64,000 nt of DNA from Macrostomum hystrix (taxonomy: Eukaryota > Animalia > Platyhelminthes), in the NCBI GenBank assembly GCA_950097015.1, contig CATNEN010000038.1:6324001-6388000 (forward strand). The letters run 5' to 3'. The position numbers and the translations under genes are program-made. The notes below the pieces were generated by a model. The model searched no databases. It was not told the origin of the DNA and saw only the letters and a list, made by a program, of their open reading frames with translations. Every line of letters starts with the position of its first letter. The first letter of the stretch is position 1. This document shows, piece by piece, positions 40,842 through 53,500 of the stretch.

Positions 40842-42602
40842 CTAGCTCATGGAGAGACCGGTCTTCGGCTTCTCGATTGTCTCAATGCCAACCTCCGTCG
40901 TCCTTTCCACATCAACGCCAGTGGTTGACGTGCGGCGACGCCGCAGGCAGACCAGCACGCAGTCGTGCAAAAGCTCGACTAGCTCGCAGACCGTCATGAT
41001 GGACATGCCAAGGTACATGCCCATGATGCCGCCCACGTCGCCGAAGAAGCTGTCCACCGAATAGGAATTAGCGAATGAGATCCGATTGGCTGTGCTCTTC
41101 TGGCTGGTGACGCGAAGACGCAGCCAGTTGTCGCGCACGTAGCTGTACGCGTCAGCGGCGCTGCTGGAGTTGGCATCAGCAGCTGTCAGCAGAGAGTCGG
41201 CGAACTCCAACGCTGGAAGCCGCTCACCAGGAGATGCTGTCAGAAGGCGCTGCTTCACTAGCGACTGCACTACGCTAATGTCGCGGCCCGGTGGCCATGG
41301 CACGCTGGAACCGGATGTCACGAGATAACGACGCTGCACACAAAGCGACTGGCTTTCGCACTGGCTGGTTTCGCTATTCGCATTCGAGACACCCTGCACT
41401 GTGCCGCTAATAGCGTTGGGTAGTGAAATTCTCAAGCTAAACAAGTTCTCGCTCTCTGTGAGATTCCAGATGGACTTCTTGGCGCTGGTTGACCACGGCT
41501 GCGGCATGTAGCCGGAGCTGCTGTTTGCTGCTAGCTCAAGTTCCCTTAGCAACGATGTGTAGTAGCAATACTCCTTGCCGTACTTAAAACGATAAGCCGA
41601 CATGTTGTACGGATTCAGGTAGAACACGTCTTCATGGCTGGGAAGACACTTTTTGCTGCCGAACTGTGAAATGTCGTAGGCCTCCTCCTGCATGCCTAGC
41701 TGCAGGGTGTGGAATTTGCCGCTCTCCAGCAGCTGGTTGGTCCCATACGGGTTCGGATAGCGGCCCGGCTGAACAATGTAGACACGCACTTCTGGTTGGC
41801 TCTTGGAAGTGAACCAAACCTCAGGTGAGAGCATCCAGCGTGGCACCCGCAGCCACTGTCCGAACAAGTCCGTCAGGCTTGGCAGGCTGGCGTTGGGCGC
41901 CGGCTGCGGCATTCGATCGTCCTGTGTGTCTAGCATCAGGGTGATGAATGCGCCGTTGAACGGACCGGCGGTGTTCAGCAGGCTTCTCTGCAGATCTGTT
42001 AGGCTCAGCCGAAAGCAGCGCAGATGGTACGGATGGAAAAACTCGGATAGCTGCAAGTCTATCACGGTGGTCTTCAGGCCCGAGCCAACCGCCATTTTAG
42101 CCTCCATCACAGTCTGAGCCATGGTGCGCCCCAGCTTGTCCGCGGAAAGTGCGAATGGCAATGCGTTGGTGTACAGAAACTGCGCCAAGATCGGCAATGA
42201 CGAGCAGACCGGGGGCTTCGCCGTGCCGTTAGAGTTGCACCAGCGCTCCAGAACTGACGCCACTTTGGCGAACCTTGTCGCCACCTCGGCTGCAACTTCG
42301 GGACCGGCTACCAGGTACCGACTACCAGAGAAAGGACTATCGAAGCAGAAGTACAAGTCAGGAAACTCGAACTCCAGACTGTCCGCTTCGAAGCTGCTGG
42401 TCACCTGGTTATGGCGCAGTTGGTTGATGAAAGTAACAGAGTTGCGCAGGAACAGAACAGTCATGACCAGGAACAGAATGAGCCAGAATAGTCTCACGGC
42501 AGGGCTTCGTTCGCTGACTGTCCTGGTGAGGCCGTGCGCCGTGGTGCTGGAGACGCAGCGCTGCACCACGATGCCGATCGAGGGCGCTGCTCCTGCAGTC
42601 AT
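40842..42602 (-). CDS. Intronless DEG/ENaC (amiloride-sensitive sodium channel family) subunit
   Basis: N-terminal STTAHG, TM1 RLFWLILF, FPDLYFC, TM2 GDVGGIMGMYLGMSIMTVCELVE; first ATG at 42602. Confidence 0.92.
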   Translation of the reverse strand: MTAGAAPSIGIVVQRCVSSTTAHGLTRTVSERSPAVRLFWLILFLVMTVLFLRNSVTFINQLRHNQVTSSFEADSLEFEFPDLYFCFDSPFSGSRYLVAGPEVAAEVATRFAKVASVLERWCNSNGTAKPPVCSSLPILAQFLYTNALPFALSADKLGRTMAQTVMEAKMAVGSGLKTTVIDLQLSEFFHPYHLRCFRLSLTDLQRSLLNTAGPFNGAFITLMLDTQDDRMPQPAPNASLPSLTDLFGQWLRVPRWMLSPEVWFTSKSQPEVRVYIVQPGRYPNPYGTNQLLESGKFHTLQLGMQEEAYDISQFGSKKCLPSHEDVFYLNPYNMSAYRFKYGKEYCYYTSLLRELELAANSSSGYMPQPWSTSAKKSIWNLTESENLFSLRISLPNAISGTVQGVSNANSETSQCESQSLCVQRRYLVTSGSSVPWPPGRDISVVQSLVKQRLLTASPGERLPALEFADSLLTAADANSSSAADAYSYVRDNWLRLRVTSQKSTANRISFANSYSVDSFFGDVGGIMGMYLGMSIMTVCELVELLHDCVLVCLRRRRTSTTGVDVERTTEVGIETIEKPKTGLSMS

Positions 42603-43199
42603 GGTCCGGCTTCGCCAGCAGACACGCAATTTAGTTCAGCTAAATCAGTTTTGCACTGCACAATTATGCGAACATTTATATTGTTATAGTCTGCACCAAG
42701 TGGATACAGTTTGACTCTCAAAATTCCTGGCCTGCCTGAGCAAGCAAGATGAGTCCATCCAATTGAGCCCGCTCAGCTCAACTCAACTCAACCATGCAGC
42801 GCCAGGTAACTAAGCAATATTCTAGAGTTTCAACACGCGGTTGCGGGCGCCGATGTTGACACAAAAATCTGGGAAAGCTTTAACCAAACACTGCACTGAG
42901 GAACATCGGGTTTGAACCAGTGGCATTCCTGAGCACCTTCCTGCCTTCCACTTCTCTGCCAACTGAAGTGACAGTGCAGTGAGGATTGGCATTTGGGTTT
43001 ATAACGCAACTATTTTAACACCAGTCGATATAATAGGTGTTAAGAGCTTGCTGGTAATGTAAAGTCTATCATTTAAAAAGCTGGCCGGAAATTCTAAAGT
43101 TATTCTACTATTTCTGCGAACTAAAAGCGCATATACGAGCGTAGACAAAATATGGTTGAGACTTGATTAACCAATACTTTACCATTATCGATCATCAAT

Positions 43200-43955
43200 A
43201 TTTTCCATATCTACGATCGGTATTTCCCTTTATCAAGGAACATCTAAGATCGGGATTTCCCTATATCAAGGATCGTGATTTCCCATATCTAAGATCGGGC
43301 CTTCCATTTACTAAGGATGGGGATTTCCCATATCTAAGATAGGCCTTCCATTTACCAAGGATGGGGATTTCCCATATCTATGATCGGGATTTCGCTTTAT
43401 CAAGGATGGGGATTTCCAATATTTAAGATCGGGATTTCCCTTCATCAAGGATGGGGATTTACCATATCTAAGATCAGGATTTCCCTTTATCAAGGATATC
43501 TGAGATCAGGATTTCCCTTTATCAAGGATATCTGAGATCAGAATTTCCCTTTATCAAGGATCGGGATTTCCCTTTATCAAGGATCGGGATTTCCCTTTAT
43601 CAAGGGATATATAAGATCGGGATTTCCCTTTATCAAGGATCGGGATTTCCCTTTATCAAGGGATATATAAGATCGGGATTTCCCTTTATCAAGGATCGAT
43701 ATTTCCCATATCTATCTAAGATCGAGATTTCCTTTTATAAAGGATAGGGATTTCCCTTTAAAGGTGATCTAGGATTAGTTTTTTCCAAATCCAGGATTGG
43801 GATTTCCCGATATTGAGGATTGGGATTTCCCTGTATCGATGAATTGGATTTCTTTATATCAAGTATCGGGATTTCCACACAAACCTAAGTGTTGGGATTT
43901 CATCCTTTGAAAGTTTGAACCACCCCAAATCTTTTCATTGCTGGGATTTCCCTAT
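43200..43955. repeat. Degenerate ~23-40-bp repeat rich in GGGATTTCCC
   Basis: aggatcgggatttccctttatca units. Confidence 0.9.
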
Positions 43956-44514
43956 TCTAACCCTTGAAAAAGCGGCATGTCAATGTCACTACTGTTAGAA
44001 TTATTCAACGTTGCACTGGTTGGTGAGTATATAATTTGATTTTGACGCACATTGTTAGCACAGCCAGTGAAAAATTCAATTGCCGAATACAATGTAATTT
44101 CAAGATCGCATTTTTTGATTAAACAACTCACAGAAGTTTAGAATCGGTTGAGTTGACAGTGCGAGCTATATTCATTTTTCATGTCTATCAGGTACATTAA
44201 CCTAAAGGCAAACAAAATCATAGCGACACGGTTGCTAGGATACAGAAAAGCTGAATTTAGAGGGCCGGGTTATATCTAAAAATTCTTGAGCACTTGCTGT
44301 GGGCTACGAAGATAGGTCGAGCTTGTTTCTATGAGGCACCTGTTATCAGTGGGCACATAGATTAGGCACCATTTTCGTTAGTCAGGTTAGGCTCGAAGTC
44401 TAAGCTACAAGTATAAAAAATCTATCCTTGTATGAGAGCAGCAACCTCACAGAGATTTACAATTCGTCAGTCACCTGAAAAGCAAGGGTGAGTATTTTCA
44501 CTGTCTTATAATAA

Positions 44515-44952
44515 ATTACAGGCACACAGATACTGAACTTAGGCACACAGATACTGTACACAGGCACACAGATACTGTACACAGGCACACAGATGCTGTA
44601 CTTAGGCACACAGATACTGTACACAGGCACACAGATACTGTACACAGCACACAGATACTGTACTTAAGCACGCAGATACTGTACACAGGCACACAGGTAC
44701 TGTACACAGGCACACAGATACTGTACACAGCACACAGATACTGTACTTAAGCACGCAGATACTGTACACAGGCACACAGGTACTGTACACAGGCACACAG
44801 ATACTGTACACAGGCACACAGGTACTGTACACAGGCACACAGATACTGTACACAGGCACACAGATGCTGTACACAGGCACATGGATACTGTACACAGGCA
44901 CATGGATAACTGTACTTAGGCACACAGATACTGTACACAGGCACACAGATAC
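44515..44952. repeat. ~21-bp minisatellite (acacaggcacacagatactgt)n
   Basis: Visible tandem units. Confidence 0.93.
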
Positions 44953-45005
44953 GGACTAAAGGATTCGGACTAAATGAATGTGGCCTCGCCGCGAAATCGA
45001 GCTCG

Positions 45006-45235
45006 GAATGTAGCCTAGTGTTGGTTAGAGTGTCGGACTGTCGACTTGAAGGTCAGGGGCTCGATTCCGAACTCCACTGCAACAAATTGTTTCATTTAGC
45101 AAGATACTTAACTCTGCATTTCTTCATTTCACCCAGCTGTTAAATGGACTAATTGAGAGTGGGTGTGTGGTCCTCCAGTCCATGGACTGAACAGCCGTAC
45201 GCGGCCTGCAGATGCGCAGGTGTAAACAATTATAA
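45006..45235 (+). mobile_element. tRNA-derived SINE family A, near full length
   Basis: tRNA-like head (tagcctagtgttgg ... gctcgattcc), CORE-like gcaagatacttaactctgcatt...cacccagctgttaaatgg, and a tail shared with 1199-1350. Confidence 0.8.
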
Positions 45236-45373
45236 AATTTTATTCAAGAATATCACACTCTACAACGATTACTGGGGCATTTACATCTCTGTCGACTCTG
45301 GTCTCTAAAAAAACAAGGATTGTTCGAATTTCTACCCTGAACAGCCGCCAGGCAGCAGAAATCACAGCCAATC

Positions 45374-47604
45374 ATGGGCCTGGGAGTGAAGCTAGCCAGG
45401 CTGATTCTACTGCTGTTCACGCTGGTGTTCTTGCTCATCGGCTTGGCCCTGCTAGGAGCTGGCATCTGGATGTTGGTCAGCCAGGACAAGCTCTTCAACG
45501 TGCTGAACCTTATCAACGAGCGGGCGGGCAGCAACGAGGAAATCGGCAGCGAGCTCGAGCGAATCAGCCAGCAGAAGGGCGTCGTGGCCACCGCCGGAGC
45601 CATCCTGGTGGCAGTCGGCTCAGTCAGCGCCGTCATCAGCTTCTTCGGCTGCATGGGCGCCATCAAGCAGTCCAAGTGCCTGCTGTCCATTGTGAGCGAC
45701 CGGGAGGGGAGTGGGAATGGGGTTGGGAAGTAATAAATCAGGGAAATGGAATGGGATTAGGGTGGGATCTGGGAGCGGATTAAATAAGGGAAAAGGAAGG
45801 CTTTTCAGGGAAAATTCAATGGGATTAAGGAAGGGATTTGGGATTTGGGAAGGGATTTGGGAGAGAAATCGGAAGGGATTATGAATGGAATGGGAAGAGG
45901 TCAATGAGCAGAAAGGAAGGCTTTGAAAGGGATGGGATTGACAATAACGATAGGAAATTAGGGAGTGAAATAGAATGGAATTAGGGTGCGGAATGGGAGG
46001 TGACTGTGGTAGAATAATTTCTCTTACTGTGTAACAATGTTTTGAAAATAGTGGAATTAGTATGTGACGTTTTCAAGTTCCTCAGCTAACCCAGACCGCC
46101 CACCGCACCCTCCAGTACGCCGGCATTATCGGATTACTGCTGGCAAGCCAGATCACCGCCGCCGTGCTGGTGATGCTGTACAAGGACCGCGCTGTCAGCC
46201 TGGCCAGCAGCCAGCTGCTGATGCTGCAGGACAAGTACCTGGTATCGCTGAATGTGTTCCCCAGCGGGATCCAACAGCCACAATCTGCTGTTAGCCTGGC
46301 GTTCAACTACATGTTTGTGTCGGTGAGCTCGACTCCGAAACCCTCCTGTGACCTGTTAGACCTGTGGTAACCGGTTATATTTGTGGCAAGGTGACCTATT
46401 CGACTTGCTATAGCCGGTTAGAATTGTGGTTATCTCTTACACTTATGGCAACTGTTAAATTTGAGTTGTCTGTAAGACATTGAACCGAACTGTTGTAGTT
46501 TACCTACATGTATGCTCGTAACTTGATGCTGTTAGCATTGTATTAGCCTCGCTGCTATTCTCACGAATGAAAAGTGATTTTACGTTCGTCATCTCTTAAA
46601 AAACAGCTCAACTGCTGCGGCGTCAGCAACACATCGGACGCGGCCGCCAGCACCTCGTGGCAGGCTTCAAACCGCACCTGGTTCGACCGCGGAGTCATGT
46701 CGGTGCCGGCCACCTGCTGTCCGCTGCGCGATCACGTGGACACAACCGACGTGCTGACCAGATCGCGGTGGGATCTCCTGCCGGAGCTGCTGCGTAGCTT
46801 CAGCTGCCCCGTCAGCGGGGAGGGCATGAAGACTCTGGTGAGATCACTGCGTCACTGACTGTCTCGACGTCTAGAGTGTACATTCTTCTTATTCCTTGAG
46901 CGGCATTAATATTTATTAATATTAAGCGCAACCTCCAAGGCATGGCATGAGAGTGTAAGTGTGTGCGTGTGTACGGTATCTGAGTGCCTGTGTACAGTGT
47001 TTGAGTGCCTGTGTACGGATCTGGGTGCCTGTGTACGGTATCTGGGTACCTGTGTACGGTATCTGGGTGCCTGGTTACAGTACCTGTGTGCCTGTGTACG
47101 ATGTCTGAGTGCCTGTGTTCGGTATCTGAGTGCCCGCGTACGGTATCTGAGTGCCCGCGTACGGTATCTGGGTGCCTGTGTACGGTATCAGGGTGCCTGT
47201 GTACGACGTCTGAGCGCATGTGTTCAGGAGTCAGTGACATTGTCATCTCTTCATGCTGGCTGCTGCTTGACTGTCACCAGAAGATGTGTGTCACAGCCAT
47301 CCAGGAAATAACTTTCCTATTTAATAAGGTACTAATATTTAGTCTAATCGGGAAAGCGACGTCTTCAGATGACGGGTACAATAGGCCCCTGAAGTTAATG
47401 TGGCTCCGAAACTTTGACTGCACTCAGCAATTCGCACTTCACGAAAAAATTAAATTTTTAGGCCTGCGTCCCAGCACTGATGGCCTTCGTAAATCTCTAC
47501 TCACTGTGGATTCTTGTCGGCTGCGCCCTGTTTGCGCTCGCTCAGGTAAAACCATGCCGCTAATTGCATGCCAGACAGACAGACAGACAGACAGACAGAC
47601 AGGC

Positions 47605-47681
<77 letters not shown>

Positions 47682-47802
47682 TAAGCACAGGTTCGCTTCA
47701 GATATGCTGGAAAAGTCCCGGTCATAAAATATGTTGCACTATTTCCAGCTCCTTGTCGTCGGGTTCACGGTATGCCTTATCTGCGCCATATCCGACAGTT
47801 AG
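45374..47802 (+). CDS. Tetraspanin; exons 45374-45691, 46116-46322, 46607-46837, 47749-47802
   Basis: TM1-TM3, FFGCMGAIKQSKCLL, LNCCG, VPATCC; last exon LLVVGFTVCLICAISDS*; phase-0 GT/AG junctions; AATAAA near 47843. Confidence 0.9.
46960..47220. repeat. 21-bp minisatellite in a tetraspanin intron
   Basis: gtgcctgtgtacggtatctga units. Confidence 0.9.
47573..47680. repeat. (CAGA)n microsatellite
   Basis: Directly visible. Confidence 0.98.
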
Positions 47803-48119
47803 AGGACATTCTGATGATGATCTTCAACGTATTTGTTCTTCAAATAAACAAAATAATAATAAAAACAGAAGAACTGAATATCAACTTTTATAAGGCAATA
47901 AACACGTACTTTTTGTTTTAATAATATGAAGCGCATAAATTATCATTGAGTATTTTTTGCTTTACAAATATCAGTAGTATTGTATGCACATTATATTTCG
48001 ATTCAATATCGTTTGAGAAAGAAGTAAGAATATAACTTACATAAAAGGTCACTCCTAAACTGGCGTGTCAATTGATAATGAATAAAATCGTCTTTGATGC
48101 GCTGGATGGCTGGATCTCA

Positions 48120-50490
48120 AGTCACAGAAATCCCAAATCCATCACTCACAGAAATACCAAATCCATCACTCACAGAAATACCAAATCCATCAGTCACAGT
48201 CATCCCAAATCCATCACTCACGAAAATCCCAAATCCATCACTCACAAAAATCCCAAATCCATCACTCAGAAAAATCCCAAATCAATCAGTCACAGTCATC
48301 CCAAATCAATCACTCACAGAAATCCCAAATCAATCACTCACAGAAATCCCAAATCCATCAGTTACAGAAATCCCAAATCAATCACTCACAGAAATCCCAA
48401 ATCCATCAGTCACAGAAATCCCAAATCAATCACTCACAGAAATCCCAAATCCATCAGTCACAGGAATCTCAAATCCATCAGTCACAGAAATCTCAAATCC
48501 ATCAGTCACAGGAATCTCAAATCCATCAGTCACAGAAATCCCAAATCCATCAGTCACAGGAATCTCAAATCCATCAGTCACAGAAATCCCAAATCAATCA
48601 GTCACAGAAATCCCAAATCCATCAGTCACAGAAATCCCAAATCCATCAGTCACAGAAATCCCAAATCCATCAGTCACAGAAATCCCAAATCCATCAGTCA
48701 CAGAAATCCCAAATCAATCACTCACAGAAATCCCAAATCCATCAGTCACAGAAATCTCAAATCCATCAGTCACAGAAATCTCAAATCTATCAGTCACAGA
48801 AATCCCAAATCCATCAGTCACTGAAATCTCAAATCTATCAGTCATAGAAATCCCAAATCCATCAGTCACAGAAATCCCAAATCAATCACTCACAGAAATC
48901 CCAAATCCATCACTCACAGAAATCCCAAATCCATCAGTCACAGAAATCTCAAATCCATCAGTCACAGGAATCTCAAATCCATCAGTCACAGAAATCCCAA
49001 ATCCATCAGTCACAGAAATCCCAAATCCATCAGTCACAGAAATCCCAAATCCATCAGTCACAGAAATCCCAAATCCATCAGTCACATTAATCCCAAATCC
49101 ATCAGTCACAGTAATCCCAAATCCATCAGTCACGAAAATCCAAAATCCATCAGTCACAAAAATCCCAAATTCACCAGTCACGAAAATCCCAAATCCATCA
49201 CTCACGAAAATCCCAAATCCATCACTCACAAAAATCCCAAATCCATCACTCAGAAAAATCCCAAATCAATCAGTCACAGTCATCCCAAATCAATCACTCA
49301 CAGAAATCCCAAATCAATCAGTCACAGAAATCCCAAATCCATCAGTCACAGAAATCCCAAATCCATCAGTCACAGAAATCCCAAATCCATCAGTCACAGA
49401 AATCCCAAATCCATCAGTCACAGAAATCCCAAATCAATCAGTCACAGAAATCTCAAATCAATCACTCACAGAAATCCCAAATCCATCAGTCACAGAAATC
49501 TCAAATCCATCAGTCACAGAAATCTCAAATCTATCAGTCACAGAAATCCCAAATCCATCAGTCACTGAAATCTCAAATCTATCAGTCATAGAAATCCCAA
49601 ATCCATCAGTCACAGAAATCCCAAATCAATCACTCACAGAAATCCCAAATCCATCACTCACAGAAATCCCAAATCCATCAGTCACAGAAATCTCAAATCC
49701 ATCAGTCACAGGAATCTCAAATCCATCAGTCACAGAAATCCCAAATCCATCAGTCACAGAAATCCCAAATCCATCAGTCACAGAAATCCCAAATCCATCA
49801 GTCACAGAAATCCCAAATCCATCAGTCACAGGAATCTCAAATCCATCAGTCACAGAAATCCCAAATCCATCAGTCACAGAAATCCCAAATCCATCAGTCA
49901 CAGAAATCCCAAATCCATCAGTCACAGAAATCCCAAATCCATCAGTCACAGAAATCCCAAATCAATCAGTCACAGAAATCTCAAATCAATCACTCACAGA
50001 AATCCCAAATCCATCAGTCACAGAAATCTCAAATCCATCAGTCACAGAAATCTCAAATCTATCAGTCACAGAAATCCCAAATCCATCAGTCACTGAAATC
50101 TCAAATCTATCAGTCATAGAAATCCCAAATCTCATCAGTCACAGAAATCCCAAATCAATCACTCACAGAAATCCCAAATCCATCACTCACAGAAATCCCA
50201 AATCCATCAGTCACAGAAATCTCAAATCCATCAGTCACAGGAATCTCAAATCCATCAGTCACAGAAATCCCAAATCCATCAGTCACAGAAATCCCAAATC
50301 CATCAGTCACAGAAATCCCAAATCCATCAGTCACAGAAATCCCAAATCCATCAGTCACAGTAATCCCAAATCCATCAGTCACAGTAATCCCAAATCCATC
50401 AGTCACGAAAATCCAAAATCCATCAGTCACAAAAATCCCAAATTCACCAGTCACGAAAATCCCAAATCCATCTGATCCAGTAATTCTAAA
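48120..50490. repeat. 24-bp minisatellite (cagtcacagaaatcccaaatccat)n, about 98 copies
   Basis: Directly visible; same family as 53245-54920. Confidence 0.97.
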
Positions 50491-50511
50491 GTCCAAGAAA
50501 TTTCAAGTCTA

Positions 50512-53500
50512 TTAGTCTTTCATCCAGTGGATCTTCAGCTTCACAGGCGCTGGCACCGCTGCGGCTTCAGGCGCAGCGGATACTCGCCGCTGAGGCCCTC
50601 TGGACCGAGCCGCTGAACCTCCGCGACTCCTGCTGATGGCCGACTCCTTCTGCTTCCGCTCCTGCAGCAGCTGCTCCATCTTGTCTAGCTGACGTAGGTG
50701 ACGCCGAAGATCCACCTGGCAGAGTTTTTTATGTATAGTGTCTAACAGGTGAATGGGTGTGTCTAACAGGTGAATGGGTGTGTCTAACAGGTAAATGGGT
50801 GTGTCTAACAGTTGAATGGGTGTGTCTAACAGGTGAATGGGTGTGTATAACAGGTGAATGGATGTGTCTAACAGGTGAATGGATGTGTCTAACAGGTGAT
50901 TGTGTGTGTCTAACAGTTGAATGGGTGTGTCTAACAGTTGAATAGATGTGTCTAACAGGTGAATGGGTGTGTCTAACAGGTGAATGGATGTGTCTAACAG
51001 GTGAATGGGTGTGTCTAACAGGTGATTGTGTGTGTCTAACAGTTGAATGGGTGTGTCTAACAGTTGAATAGATGTGTTTAACAGGTGAATGGGTGTGTCT
51101 AACAGGTGAATGGATGTGTCTAACAGCTGAATGTGTGTGTCTAAAAGTTGAATAGATGTGTTTAACAGGTGAATAGATGTGTCTAACAGGTGAATGTGTG
51201 TGTCTAACAGTTGAATGTGTGTGTCTAACAGTTGAATGGATGTGTCTAAGAGGTGATGGGTGTGTCTAACACTTAAATGGGTGTGTCTAACAGGTGAATG
51301 TGTGTGTCTTACAGGTGAATGGGTGTGTCTTACAGGTGAATGGGTGCGTCTAACAGGTGAATGGGTGTGTCTAACAGGTGAATGGGTGTGTTTAACAGGT
51401 GAATGGATGTGTCTAACAGGTGATTGTGTGTGTCTAACAGTTGAATGGGTGTGTCTAACAGTTGAATAGATGTGTTTAACAGGTGAACGGGTGTGTCTAA
51501 CAGGTGAATGGATGTGTCTAACAGGTGAATGGGTGTGTCTAACAGGTGAATTAGGTGGAACAGGTGATCCTAACTTCTATTCCCAGCTAAATTCGCACCT
51601 GTTTCTCAAACGGCAGTCTGTCCAACTTAGACGCGGCCACCAGGCGGATGCACTGTGTCAGCGGCGTAGGCGGCAACTCCTCTGGCGTGACATATTTGGC
51701 CGCGTCCTCGCCATTCACAATGGGATGCATCCAGGTGGAACGCCGGTCATTTTGAATTCCGGTTCCAGCCGGTTTGAAGATGTGAAAGAATATTTCAACG
51801 GCGTCAGATTTTGTCAGCGTCTTGGTGGCTGCGGCGGTGGCGGTGGCGACTTTGACGCCTCGCCGGCTATGGAAGGCCTCCAGCGTGTCGGAGACCTCCC
51901 GATGCGCCGGGAAGAAGCCGCACATGTTGAACAGTTTCATGAGGTCGCGCTCACTCAAGTCGCCTTCGAAGGAGGTGGCGTCGAAGCCGATTTCCAGGCC
52001 TGCAGGCGGCGGTGGCATAGCTGGTTCTATTTAAGTTATAAGATCTTTGAAACTGTCAATAACAATCATATTTGCAAGATGGCTGTCCGGACTGGCACAT
52101 CATTTGGTGACACTTGACACGCAGCCAGCGAGTAGGCAATTATTCAAGTTCCGCTGACAGATACCGTACGCAGGCACACAGGTGTCTACATCTGCCCTGA
52201 CTTTCTCATCGTCAGGCAGTGCATGAGACTGAGCCTTAAAGTTTGGTCCTAAAGGGTGTAAATTGCACGACAAGCCCCCCAAGCCTTCTCTCCGCGGCTG
52301 CATCCCAAATGAATGTGGCCTTTGCATGGAATCAAGCTCAGAGACCGCTCTGCCACTCGCCCACATTTCAAAACTGTCATTTTCCTAGAAAAACTAAGTT
52401 TTTTCTACGTTTTCTAGGAAGCGGGTTAGCTACGCTCTGGCTGTAGCAAGCCGCTGGTTCCAGTCCGGAAGCCGAAAACTTCAAGCAGCGAACCGCCGGA
52501 CCTCCCACTGAAAAACTCACGCCTCTTATCCTCCATGAACTGATCCAGCTGATCCATGTCGAATCGAACCTCGGCCCTCTTGGAGGCACCCGTGGCCGAG
52601 CGGACGATACGACGAATCAAGGCGTAGTAATAGCCGAGGAACTCCTTGAGGTTGGGGAAGCCGTGCAGTCGCGCCTTGGCCGTCAGCCGCTTGAGAAACC
52701 GCCGGACAAGATAGCCGCGCAAAGTTTTCTGAATGATGACGGCGGCGATGTGTCGCTGGCGCGGGGTGGGACCGAACCGAGGCGGGTGGAAACTCCTGCC
52801 CGATTTTTACACATCGATTCACATTGAATTATAACCGATATTCAATGCTGGAGGGCGCGTTTTTGCCTTACTAACAGGAAGGGGCTAAATGGTGGACCTT
52901 AATTGGGCCGTTTTTAAGTCCCAATGTCGCCACTCACTGGTAAACTTCGACATGCGGTCCGATAACTTCCAGTTTGGATTCCATGCTCGCCGCGTGCTCA
53001 GCGGTTCTGTGAGGGTGGTAATAAATCTTTTATCGAACCGCACTTCTTTGGGCCGACCATTTCGGCCCATTCTACTCGGTCGGGTAACCATGGTGCTCTG
53101 AATCTAGAAACTGGAGAGACAACTACCCGCCAAGACCCCCATTTCCCGGACCAGTAAGGTCTGACTGGCTGTCCCAAAACACACTAAGCAGATAGGAAAT
53201 TCAGATGCACAAATTTTAAAGAGTTGTAAAGAACTAACTCAACTAAAATCCCAAATAAATCAGTCACGAAAATCCCAAATCAATCAGTCAAAGAAATCCC
53301 AAATCCGTCGGTCAAAGAAATCCCAATTCCATCAGTCTCAGAAATCCCAAATCCGTCGGTCAAAGAAATCCCAAGTCAATCAGTTACTGAAATCCCAAAT
53401 CCCGTCGGTCAAAGAGATCTCAAATCCACGAGTCTCAGGAATCTCAAATCCATCAGTCACAGGAATCTCAAATCCATCAGTCACAGGAATCTCAAATCAA

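Noticed and set aside
44457-44946. Cys/Val-rich small ORFs here and at 39787-40403, 50757-51469, 55516-56178, 59339-59718
   Set aside because: All are translations of mini- or microsatellites
48094-50475. 793-aa (SVTEIPNP)n mucin-like ORF
   Set aside because: Stop-poor reading of a 24-bp satellite; no ATG start or signal peptide; frame shifts near 50130; the same satellite occurs in an intron at 53245-54920
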